Positions 38,568 to 47,573 of a stretch of 64,000 nt of DNA are shown piece by piece; position 1 is the stretch's first letter; every line of letters starts with the position of its first letter. A program made the position numbers and the translations under genes. Where the stretch lies: assembly GCA_046481675.1 (NCBI GenBank), contig JAWOJJ010000141.1, positions 3,100-67,099 of the forward strand. Direction: 5' to 3'. This stretch comes from Bacteroidales bacterium. Its GTDB lineage: Bacteria > Bacteroidota > Bacteroidia > Bacteroidales > UBA10428. The notes under the pieces were generated by a model that was not told where the DNA came from, ran no database searches, and saw nothing but the letters and a program-made list of their open reading frames with translations.

Positions 38568-39440
38568 TTAATATCCGAACCTTTTCAGCATTTTATCACT
38601 GTTGCGCCAATCCTGGGATACCTTAACCTGAAGTCCCAGGTAGACCTTCTTACCCAGAAATTTTTCAATATCCAATCGTGCCTGGATTCCGATTTTTTTC
38701 AACGACTCACCCCGATGACCTATCATGATCCCCTTTTGTGTTTCACGCATCACATAAATGATGGCCTCAATGCGTACCATATCATCTCCTTCCTTAAAGG
38801 AATCAATGACCACTTCACAGGAATAGGGAATCTCCTTTCTATAATTCAGAAAGATTTTTTCCCTTACAATCTCGGAAACAAAAAACCGTTCAGGCCTGTC
38901 GGTCAGGGAATCATCGGGATAATACACCGGCCCTTCCGGGAGCTTCTCCAAAACAATATCAAATAGAAGGTTCAGGTTTTGTTTGTAAAGTGCAGAAATG
39001 GGGATGATGGTTGCCTCAGGCAGCAGTTGTTTCCAGTTGGATGTGAGTATCTCCAATGCGGCAGGATCGGAAAGGTCGGTTTTGTTAATGGCTACAATAA
39101 CCGGCTTGCTGATTTTGCCAAGTTTAGTGATGTAATCTTCATTTTTGTCTGAAGTTTCCACCACATCGGTGACGTACAGGATGACATCGGCATCCGTGAT
39201 GGCAGTGCGAACAAACCGCATCATGTTTTCATGCATCTTGTAAACCGGTTTCACAATTCCGGGTGTATCCGAAAAGATGATCTGGAAATCACTTCCGTTC
39301 ACGATACCCAGTATCCGGTGCCGTGTAGTCTGCGCCTTGGATGTTATAATGGACAAACGCTCACCAACCAGCTCATTCATCAGCGTTGATTTTCCCACAT
39401 TGGGATTTCCGATGATATTGACAAAACCCGATTTATACAT
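38568..39440 (-). CDS. era: GTPase Era
   Basis: 290 aa. Motifs present are [20 protein letters not shown] and a C-terminal KH domain (...VMRETQKGIMIGHRGESLKKIG...). Confidence 0.93.
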   Translation of the reverse strand: MYKSGFVNIIGNPNVGKSTLMNELVGERLSIITSKAQTTRHRILGIVNGSDFQIIFSDTPGIVKPVYKMHENMMRFVRTAITDADVILYVTDVVETSDKNEDYITKLGKISKPVIVAINKTDLSDPAALEILTSNWKQLLPEATIIPISALYKQNLNLLFDIVLEKLPEGPVYYPDDSLTDRPERFFVSEIVREKIFLNYRKEIPYSCEVVIDSFKEGDDMVRIEAIIYVMRETQKGIMIGHRGESLKKIGIQARLDIEKFLGKKVYLGLQVKVSQDWRNSDKMLKRFGY

Positions 39441-39457
39441 GAACCTGAATTTAATTG

Positions 39458-41947
39458 TTACAAATTGAACTGTAAGGTGAGCTTAAAGGCAAAGTTATCA
39501 ATAGTTTTGGCAAAAGCATAAGGCCCATACCTGTAAAAAACACCCAGCCCATACCTGAAAAGCTGTACTTTCAACAGGTTGTTGATCAGCAGGCCCCCTT
39601 CGAAATACCCCTTCTCCTGGGTATTGAATTCGATGTTTTCATGTGGATCCTTTTCTTTCAGCAAACCAAAACCAAGATTGTGAACCAGGGCCATCTCAGG
39701 TTGAAATTTACCGCGGGGCTTAAACAACAGCTTCCCGAAATTCTGTTTAACATGAAGCGACACGAACCTGTCCGACAGGAATTCATTAAAGCGCATGGTA
39801 CCGAAAGACTGCTCTGTTTCCAGGGTAAAGGATCTGTAACTCCCCATTCCTGCATACAGCCTGCTGTAGGGAACACTGCCCTTAACCAGGCCCGATACCA
39901 CAGCCACCCTGGTTTCACCCAGCGATTTGGTGCGGAATGCTTTGGTTAACTTGGCTTCTGTTCGCCAATAGGTATATCCTCCGTTCAGCCAACTAAGGCC
40001 CCTGGCCACATTCAGATACAAAACCGGGAATGACGTGCCCATGGAAAATTTGTTCCCCCGTGGCGACTTCATGAACGTTTCTTTATATGCATACTTAAGC
40101 CTGAGTCCGGTTTCGGTGATGTTGAAACTGGTCAGACTTACCTGCGGGTTTCCCTCATTCAGACTGTAAGCATAACCATTGGTCGGACTTAATTCACTGT
40201 GTATTAAAAATCCCTTTACAGAAAGGTATTTCAGTGTCCTGAAACCTGCAGAAACTTCAGTTTCCCTTGTCAGGTCCATCACTTCCACCATATAATCCCT
40301 GATAAATGCCGAACCCGTGATGTTCCACACTTCATTAAACTTAATGCCTCCGGATTCACGCACATCATTCCTGTAAATTATTGATGTTTCCAGTTCCTGG
40401 TCGGGCCATAAATTGAGTGTCAGGCTGCCGCTATATTTCCAATCCTTGTCTTTCAACCCGTAGGCTGCATATCCGCCAATTGTGAAAAGCCTGGAAACGC
40501 GTTCGGTGGTTTTGCCACCGGCACCAAACCTGAATCCTTCATACGGATTGTAGTCGATGAATCGCCTGATGTCAAAGCTCCAGTATTGGCCCGGAAGATA
40601 CCCGGTGAGCATGGTTTCAAAAGAAATCATGGTGCGATCCAGGTGTTCAGCTTTGCCCAGGCTGTCGATCACGCGATAGGTTTCCAATTCCCGTGCATTC
40701 AGCGAATCGGTGCGGTATAAGCTCCATACTTCCTCGGGTTGCCTGTGGGCATCAGGACTGACCTCAATCTGCACATTGGAGAATTTTTCGTCGTCGATAG
40801 TGGGATTGAAGCTGATGTTTACAATATAGGATTTTCCTGTTCCCGTAATAAACCCCGGGGGAGCTTTCACACCCATTTTCGAAGGGTTAAACCTCGCGGT
40901 GGAACTCAGCAGCACAGGGAACCAGCGCTGGCCGTTAACAAGTTCATATTGCTGCTGTATGGAGACGGAAACCCTATCATCTTTTTGCTCATAGGCCTCT
41001 GCAATCACATTCTGAACGGCATAACCATTGGAATTGATGTAAATGACACCTTTCATGCCGTCGAAGTTTCTTCCTTTGTATGGCCGGAATGAAATGATAA
41101 ATACGGTATCATTTGTTTCGGTGAAAAGTGTATCCTGAATCAGGAAAAAGTATTTATCGGTGCTTCCGGAACTGATGGGATTCAGCAATTGCCTGTCGGC
41201 TATGGTTACAAAATTTTCATAAAACGAAAACGATTGAAACTGGCGGGCCATGACCACAAATGAAGGCTGCGACAAACCCGATACACGGGAGGCAATAATC
41301 TCTTCCTTGTTTTTTTCGGGCGAAAGGTATTTGCGGCTGCTCACCGATTCCATCATAAAGAGGTACTGCTTGTCCAAAAACCGCTGCATGTCAATTCTAC
41401 CTTTGCGGTCCATGCCAAACGGAATCGAATCGGGAATTTGAAATGCCAACCCTGATGAATCAGCCGGTTTGTCGTTCATTGCCGAATCAGGCTCCACACC
41501 AAACACCATCTTATCATAGGAGATATACGAAAACGGCCCTGATTTTTCGGGATTGTTATGGTTCCGGTTTTCCGACGCCAGTTGAATGATCCGGTGGGCC
41601 GGGTTTACTGTTGGGTAAACTACCACTTCTTTGATATCGAGAGGATCCGGACTGAGTGCAATTCGTTGCCCGTTCCTGAATCCGCCGGGGAACGCAATGG
41701 TCCTTGAGTTGTATCCGATATACCTGAGTTTCAGAAACTGTACCTTGTTGGACCGTGGTATCTGGAATACGCCATCCAGGTTGGTAACAACTCCATGCCC
41801 TGCCTGGTTGTATAAGATACTTACAAAAGCCAGGGGCTCATGGCTGACGCTATCAACAACAGTGCCTGTTACAAATCCTTCCGGTTGCGAAAAAACCAAA
41901 CCGGATGATGCCATCAGAAAAATCAGCGTAAGCCCGTAGATGCGCAT
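39458..41947 (-). CDS. Carboxypeptidase-regulatory-like + DUF5686-like predicted outer-membrane protein
   Basis: 829 aa with a signal peptide and an N-terminal CarbopepD_reg-like domain (VTGTVVDSVSHEPLAFVSILYNQAGHGVVTNLDGVFQI). The long beta-rich remainder ends ...FKLTLQFNL. The family assignment is from memory. Confidence 0.65.
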   Translation of the reverse strand: MRIYGLTLIFLMASSGLVFSQPEGFVTGTVVDSVSHEPLAFVSILYNQAGHGVVTNLDGVFQIPRSNKVQFLKLRYIGYNSRTIAFPGGFRNGQRIALSPDPLDIKEVVVYPTVNPAHRIIQLASENRNHNNPEKSGPFSYISYDKMVFGVEPDSAMNDKPADSSGLAFQIPDSIPFGMDRKGRIDMQRFLDKQYLFMMESVSSRKYLSPEKNKEEIIASRVSGLSQPSFVVMARQFQSFSFYENFVTIADRQLLNPISSGSTDKYFFLIQDTLFTETNDTVFIISFRPYKGRNFDGMKGVIYINSNGYAVQNVIAEAYEQKDDRVSVSIQQQYELVNGQRWFPVLLSSTARFNPSKMGVKAPPGFITGTGKSYIVNISFNPTIDDEKFSNVQIEVSPDAHRQPEEVWSLYRTDSLNARELETYRVIDSLGKAEHLDRTMISFETMLTGYLPGQYWSFDIRRFIDYNPYEGFRFGAGGKTTERVSRLFTIGGYAAYGLKDKDWKYSGSLTLNLWPDQELETSIIYRNDVRESGGIKFNEVWNITGSAFIRDYMVEVMDLTRETEVSAGFRTLKYLSVKGFLIHSELSPTNGYAYSLNEGNPQVSLTSFNITETGLRLKYAYKETFMKSPRGNKFSMGTSFPVLYLNVARGLSWLNGGYTYWRTEAKLTKAFRTKSLGETRVAVVSGLVKGSVPYSRLYAGMGSYRSFTLETEQSFGTMRFNEFLSDRFVSLHVKQNFGKLLFKPRGKFQPEMALVHNLGFGLLKEKDPHENIEFNTQEKGYFEGGLLINNLLKVQLFRYGLGVFYRYGPYAFAKTIDNFAFKLTLQFNL

Positions 41948-41949
41948 AG

Positions 41950-43338
41950 TCAGCCTGCAAGTTCATTTATTTCACGGATCATTTTCGAAGCCAGGGCTTC
42001 GGCTTTTTCAGGAGTGGTACTTTCACTGATTACCCTGATAATTGGCTCTGTATTTGATTTTCTCAGGTGCACCCATTCCCGGTCAAAGTCAATCCTTATC
42101 CCGTCCTGATCATTAACGGGATGATTCCTGTATCGCTCTCTTACGGCAGGAATGAGTTTATCTGCATCTACCCCCGGTTTCAGTTCAATCTTGTTTTTCG
42201 AGTTGAAATAGTCGGGATAGGTTTTGCGTAAAGCTGAACATTTCATTTGCTTTTCGGCAAGATGTGTCAGAAACAGGGCAATGCCAACAAGGGCATCACG
42301 TCCGTAATGAAGTTCCGGATAAATGATACCGCCGTTCCCTTCACCCCCGATAACAGCATGGGTCTTCTTCATTTCGTAAACCACATTCACCTCCCCAACG
42401 GGTGCAGCCGTGTATGTTCCGCCATATTTGAGCGTGACATCTGCCAGGGCCCTTGTTGATGACAAATTCGACACGGTATTCCCGGGTTGTTTTGAAAGGA
42501 TATAATCAGCTACGGCAACCAGTGTGTATTCCTCGCCAAACATGGATCCGTCTTCATTCACAACAACAAGCCTGTCCACATCTGGATCTACCACAAAACC
42601 CACATCAGCTTTGTTTTCAACAACCGCAGCGCTGATATCTGCCAGGTGTTGCGGCAAGGGTTCGGGATTATGAGGGAAGATGCCGGTGGGGTCGCAATAT
42701 AGCTCAACAACCTCACCAACACCAAGCTTTTTTAATAAAGAAGGAAGAATGACTCCGCCAACAGAATTCACACAGTCGATCACCACCTTGAAATTCGCTT
42801 TGCGAATAAGTGCGGTATCCACATGTTTCATAGCGGCCACCGCTTCAATATGGATGTCATTCATACCGTCAAAGGCTGACCATTTACCCAGCTGATCAAC
42901 AGGTACGTACTCATACTGGTCAGATGAAGCCAGTTTCAGCAATTCAGCACCCTCTTCGGCAGAAATGAATTCGCCTTTTGCGTTGAGCAGCTTGAGTGCA
43001 TTCCACTGTCCGGGGTTGTGGCTGGCTGTCAGAATAATTCCCCCGTCAGCTTTATGATGGGTTACACCCAGTTCCACTGTGGGTGTTGTGGCAAGACCCA
43101 GGTCAATAATATGAATTCCCATACCCATAAGGGCTCCGGCCACAAGTCGCGATACCATTTCCCCTGAAACACGGGCATCGCGGCCAATAACTACTGTATA
43201 TCTTTCTTTATTCTGCCGGGCCTTTAACTGAGCTCCAAAGGCCGAAGTGAAACGTACCACGTCGATGGGCGTCAGCGATTGTCCGGATAAGCCGCCAATG
43301 GTTCCACGAATCCCTGAAATTGACTTGATTAATGTCAT
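41950..43338 (-). CDS. glmM: Phosphoglucosamine mutase / phosphohexomutase family
   Basis: The start is at the ATG at 43338 (MTLIKSISGIRGTIGG). The active-site loop is TASHNPGQWNALK, the metal loop is VDPDVDRL, and there is a GGEGNGG block. Confidence 0.8.
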   Translation of the reverse strand: MTLIKSISGIRGTIGGLSGQSLTPIDVVRFTSAFGAQLKARQNKERYTVVIGRDARVSGEMVSRLVAGALMGMGIHIIDLGLATTPTVELGVTHHKADGGIILTASHNPGQWNALKLLNAKGEFISAEEGAELLKLASSDQYEYVPVDQLGKWSAFDGMNDIHIEAVAAMKHVDTALIRKANFKVVIDCVNSVGGVILPSLLKKLGVGEVVELYCDPTGIFPHNPEPLPQHLADISAAVVENKADVGFVVDPDVDRLVVVNEDGSMFGEEYTLVAVADYILSKQPGNTVSNLSSTRALADVTLKYGGTYTAAPVGEVNVVYEMKKTHAVIGGEGNGGIIYPELHYGRDALVGIALFLTHLAEKQMKCSALRKTYPDYFNSKNKIELKPGVDADKLIPAVRERYRNHPVNDQDGIRIDFDREWVHLRKSNTEPIIRVISESTTPEKAEALASKMIREINELAG

Positions 43339-43533
43339 AATTTGCTTTTTTATTATTTTAACTATAAATAGCGCACCAGTTTTCGTAATTTTAAAGGCCA
43401 AAAATAAGCATTATGTAGATTCATTCAGCTTTTACATCAGGATATCATTTTCCTGTTCCGGTTCCCGGGTTTGCCGGGTTTATGTTCACATACATTTCTG
43501 ATTCTATAAATTAACTCTTTAATCCAAATCATT

Positions 43534-44400
43534 ATGGTAATAGCCAGAGGTTCCCGTAAGCCTGGTGCAGATTCAAAAAAAGGCAGGGCCCAGGTAAAAG
43601 GAAAAACTTTGCACAAAACAGAACGAAAAGTGATCGGAAGCAGAAAGCAAGCCGGTGAATTGCCCAAAAGCGGACATGAGAGTGAACACATCAGGCTCAA
43701 CAAGTACATTGCAAGCACAGGGGTTTGTTCAAGGCGTGATGCTGATGAATTCATCAGGGCCGGACTGGTCACGGTAAATGGCAAACTGGTCACTGAACTT
43801 GGTGTCAAAGTCAGCCCGGGCGACGTTGTTAAATACAACGGAGAAACCCTTAAGGAGGAGAAGAAGGTTTATATCCTGATGAACAAACCCAAAGATTACG
43901 TCACCACGGTTGAAGATCCGCATGCCAAGAAAACCGTGATTGAACTGGTTAAAGGCGCATGCAAGGAAAGAATTTATCCCGTGGGGCGTTTGGACAGGAA
44001 TACCACAGGAGTGTTGCTGCTTACCAACGATGGCGATTTAACAAAAAGGCTGACGCATCCCAGGTTTGAAAAGCTGAAAATATACCATGTTCAGCTAAAC
44101 AAGAATATCAGGCACAGCGATATGGAAAAGATCGCTACCGGAATTGCACTTGACGACGGGTTTATTAAAGCCGATGCCATCAGTTATGCCGATCCTGTTG
44201 ATAAATCCCAGATTGGAATTGAGATTCATTCGGGCCGCAACCATATTGTCAGGCGTATCTTTGAACACCTGGGTTACGAAGTGGTAAAACTTGACCGTGT
44301 GTATTTTGCCGGTCTCACCAAGAAAAACATACACCGGGGTGAATGGCGCTTTCTTTCGGAAAAAGAAATCACCATGCTTAAAATGAATGCTTATAAATAA
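43534..44400 (+). CDS. rluB: rRNA pseudouridine synthase, RsuA/RluB family, with basic N-terminal extension
   Basis: It contains an S4 domain (IRLNKYIASTGVCSRRDADEFIRAGLVTVNG) and the catalytic motif GRLDRNTTGVLLLTNDG. Confidence 0.8.
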   Translation: MVIARGSRKPGADSKKGRAQVKGKTLHKTERKVIGSRKQAGELPKSGHESEHIRLNKYIASTGVCSRRDADEFIRAGLVTVNGKLVTELGVKVSPGDVVKYNGETLKEEKKVYILMNKPKDYVTTVEDPHAKKTVIELVKGACKERIYPVGRLDRNTTGVLLLTNDGDLTKRLTHPRFEKLKIYHVQLNKNIRHSDMEKIATGIALDDGFIKADAISYADPVDKSQIGIEIHSGRNHIVRRIFEHLGYEVVKLDRVYFAGLTKKNIHRGEWRFLSEKEITMLKMNAYK

Positions 44401-47400
44401 TCATATTTTAATACCCATAAAGAGTACATCATCCACCTGTTCATAGTTTTCCTTCCACAGGTGGAATGTATTCTTCACATGGATGCATTGCTCGTCCATT
44501 GGCTTTGAGTGAATATCCTGCAGCAGGTTTTTGAGTCGTACCATCTTGAACTTTTTGCCCATAGGTCCGCCGAACTGGTCGGAATACCCGTCGGAAAACA
44601 TATAAATGATGTCGCCCTTGCTGAGCTGCAATCCTTCGTCTTCAAACTGGTTGTCCTCTTTGTCGTAATGGCCGCCTACCGAATTACGGCTTCCCTTTAC
44701 GAATATCTCTTCTCCGTTGCGGTAGATGATCATCGGCCTCATGGCTGAAGCATACCTCACATAATGTGTTTTCAGGTCAATCTCACAAACTATGATATCC
44801 ATGCCGTCACCCGGCTTGGTGCCATCTTCGAGGTTCTGATTCAGTGTATTTCTCAACTCGGAATCCAGGGCCTGAAGCACTTTACTGGGTGCATTATTTA
44901 TCTCACGGGTGCAGATATCCTTGAGCAGGGTTGATCCGATCATCGACATGAATGCGCCGGGAACACCATGCCCCGTTGAATCGGCACAAACAATGGTGAA
45001 TTTATTTTCATTGATCTGGTCAAACCAGTAAAAATCGCCGCTTACGATATCCCGCGGATGATAAAACACAAACGACCCGGTAAAATGTTGCTGCAAACGT
45101 TTAACAGGTGGCAACATGGAGGTCTGGATCCTTTTGGCATAATTTATACTATCAGTAATATCGCGGTTCTTAATTTCGATCACCTCCTTCTGTTCCACCA
45201 CTTCCTTTGTGCGTGCTTTCAATTCACGCTCAAGATATTCCTGCAATTGCTTTTGCTTTTTCTCGCGGAATCTGATAATGGCGTAAACAGCAGAGGCCGC
45301 AACAAGAATGGAAAGCAGTATAAACCACCAGGTTTTCCAGATGGGCGGTTTCACCCGGATTTTCAAAGTTACCGGAACATCCTGGGTAAGTCCTTCGTTG
45401 TTAAACGATCTCAGGTAAAAGGTATATTCACCATCCTCGATTCGCGGATAAGTAACAAAGGTTTGTGAAGTTATATCTGACCAATCCAGGTCGTGGCCTT
45501 CCAGTTTATACTGGTAACGTACCGATTGCGGATCACTGTAATTCAGCCCAATGAATTCAATCCTGAGTTTATAAGGTTTATAGGGTAAAACAATGTCAAT
45601 ATCCTTTGAAAAATCAAATGCCCTGTCCGAGATCAGCAGGTTTACAATGTTGGTAAAAGGAGGAAGCTTTTCCCCGGTGTCCTTGGCCGGATCGTAACCG
45701 ATCAGGCCTTCGGTTGTTCCAAAATATACAACGCCTGCCTTGTCGCGGGTTACGGCGTTCAGGTTGCAATCGCCTGTAATACCCATATTCTGATCATATA
45801 CACTGGCATGCATATTCAAGGTGTTGATCCGGCTCATTCCCAGCCTATGGCCCACCCAAATGCCGCTTCCCGAGGTGCTGACCAGGCTGTAGCAGAAGTC
45901 TGATTTCAATCCCGAAGCAACCGTAATTTGAACAACTGTATCCTTTTTGAAGCAAATAACACCGTCACCATGGGTTGCTGTCCAGATATTTCCATTGGTG
46001 TCTTCTGCAAGCGATTTGAATTCAACATCTGCCTGGTCAACCGGGTAAAGCAAATTTGCCGTGCCATCACCGGTAAGTTCATAAATGCCCTTTGATCTTG
46101 TGGCAAACAGCAGTCTTCCTTTGCTGTCAATCAGCACATGTTCAATGTTGTTGTGCGGCAATCCGTCATTGGTGGTGAAATGGGCTTCTTCTTTAAAATC
46201 GCTCCCCAGCCTGTAAATACCATCTTTTGTACCGAGGTATACATGCCTGTCGTCAGAAGCGATGCCACTGATCCACTTGCCCATGGAATAGGCTTCATAG
46301 GGGATATTTCTCAAGCTGTTGTTTTTCAAATCCATCAGAAACAAACCCTTTGTTTCAGTGCCAATGAAAAGCCGCAGTCCATCCAGATGCAAGGCCGTCA
46401 CTTTGTCTGCAGGAAAACCCTGAACCTTAACCGGCGACTTATCCTTTCCCGGAGTAAACCTGAAAAGGCCGCCCTGACCGCCAATATAGTACTGATTATC
46501 AGCGGTAACGGCGATTGCCAGAATATCGTTATCCAATCCGGAAGTCTCCATTTTGGTAAAAGCCATGGGTTGGCCTGAAAACAGACTGATCCCATCACCG
46601 TAGGTGGCAATCCAGATATTCCCTTCCAGGTCTTCAAAAACTTTTTTAACGGCATTGGAGCGCAACCCGTTTCCCTTGTTAAAGTAGGTTGCCATGCCAA
46701 AATCACCTTTGCCGTCGGGTTGGCTGAGCCGGCACACACCGTTTCGCAATGTGCTCACCCAAAGCTGATGATTTGGCGCCTCGTATACTGCCTGAACATT
46801 TTCATTCCCCAGGTTGAATTTCAAACCTGTTTTTGATATGGTATACTTTTCTCCGTTCAGTGTAAGCCGGAATATGCCCTGGTCCTCCGTGGCAATCCAG
46901 TATGTATTTCTTTCCAATGCAGCCTGTATGTCCTGTATTTTGATGAATTCCAACTCGGCTACTTTCACCTTCAGTGCTGCTTTTTCCCCTTCATTGTCAA
47001 TTGAATAGAGCGACAAGCCCTCCTGTGAACCAAGAAGCATGGCATTTCCCCTGATCATAAGTGCTGTATACATGCCCGATTCGGGGCCGTTAACCGGCGT
47101 TCCTTTCCCGGTAACTGAATTGTAAGCAAACATACCACTGTTCAGGGTTGCAATCAGAATTATTCCGTCAGTGAGTTCCGCGAAACCGGTAATGGAGCTG
47201 TTGATTTCCGCACCTGCAGAAACCAGGTCAAAAGATCCTCCATCATACCTGGCAATGCTGCCACTCTGGTAGCCAAACCAAAGTGCGCCGCCACTGTCTT
47301 TGAAACTGGTACCGACTACCTGTCCGGCCAATGTATCCGGTACCATTTCGGTACTGAACTTGAAGCCGTCGAACCGACACAAACCCATGCCGGTGCCTAC

Positions 47401-47562
47401 CCACACAAATCCCCGGTCATCCTGACTGATGGTGTAAACGAACGGATAGGTGATGCCCTCACTGATTCCGTAATTGGTGATCCTGTATTCCTGTGATTTT
47501 CCTGTAAGGGAAACAAGTAAAATGCCCAGAGTGAATAAAAGAACAGTTGGTTTGTATTGCAT
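44401..47562 (-). CDS. Membrane sensor: periplasmic two-component-regulator beta-propeller repeats + Y_Y_Y domain, one TM helix, coiled coil, cytoplasmic PP2C/SpoIIE phosphatase
   Basis: 1053 aa with a signal peptide and many propeller-type repeats (GFVWVGTGMGLCRFDG, LWVSTLRNGVCRL, IWIATYGDGISLF, ...). The Y_Y_Y segment is VRYQYKLEGHDLDWSD...GEYTFYLRSFN and the TM helix is WWFILLSILVAASAVYAIIRF. PP2C/SpoIIE motifs are SGDFYWFDQ...VCADSTGHGVPGAFMSMIG...DGMDI...FSDGYSDQ. Confidence 0.85.
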   Translation of the reverse strand: MQYKPTVLLFTLGILLVSLTGKSQEYRITNYGISEGITYPFVYTISQDDRGFVWVGTGMGLCRFDGFKFSTEMVPDTLAGQVVGTSFKDSGGALWFGYQSGSIARYDGGSFDLVSAGAEINSSITGFAELTDGIILIATLNSGMFAYNSVTGKGTPVNGPESGMYTALMIRGNAMLLGSQEGLSLYSIDNEGEKAALKVKVAELEFIKIQDIQAALERNTYWIATEDQGIFRLTLNGEKYTISKTGLKFNLGNENVQAVYEAPNHQLWVSTLRNGVCRLSQPDGKGDFGMATYFNKGNGLRSNAVKKVFEDLEGNIWIATYGDGISLFSGQPMAFTKMETSGLDNDILAIAVTADNQYYIGGQGGLFRFTPGKDKSPVKVQGFPADKVTALHLDGLRLFIGTETKGLFLMDLKNNSLRNIPYEAYSMGKWISGIASDDRHVYLGTKDGIYRLGSDFKEEAHFTTNDGLPHNNIEHVLIDSKGRLLFATRSKGIYELTGDGTANLLYPVDQADVEFKSLAEDTNGNIWTATHGDGVICFKKDTVVQITVASGLKSDFCYSLVSTSGSGIWVGHRLGMSRINTLNMHASVYDQNMGITGDCNLNAVTRDKAGVVYFGTTEGLIGYDPAKDTGEKLPPFTNIVNLLISDRAFDFSKDIDIVLPYKPYKLRIEFIGLNYSDPQSVRYQYKLEGHDLDWSDITSQTFVTYPRIEDGEYTFYLRSFNNEGLTQDVPVTLKIRVKPPIWKTWWFILLSILVAASAVYAIIRFREKKQKQLQEYLERELKARTKEVVEQKEVIEIKNRDITDSINYAKRIQTSMLPPVKRLQQHFTGSFVFYHPRDIVSGDFYWFDQINENKFTIVCADSTGHGVPGAFMSMIGSTLLKDICTREINNAPSKVLQALDSELRNTLNQNLEDGTKPGDGMDIIVCEIDLKTHYVRYASAMRPMIIYRNGEEIFVKGSRNSVGGHYDKEDNQFEDEGLQLSKGDIIYMFSDGYSDQFGGPMGKKFKMVRLKNLLQDIHSKPMDEQCIHVKNTFHLWKENYEQVDDVLFMGIKI

Positions 47563-47573
47563 ATATGCGAGAA

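Noticed and set aside
43437-43838. A 133-aa minus-strand ORF overlapping the 5' end of rluB.
   Set aside because: It is antisense to the well-supported S4 domain of the pseudouridine synthase, is low-complexity, and has no plausible start context.
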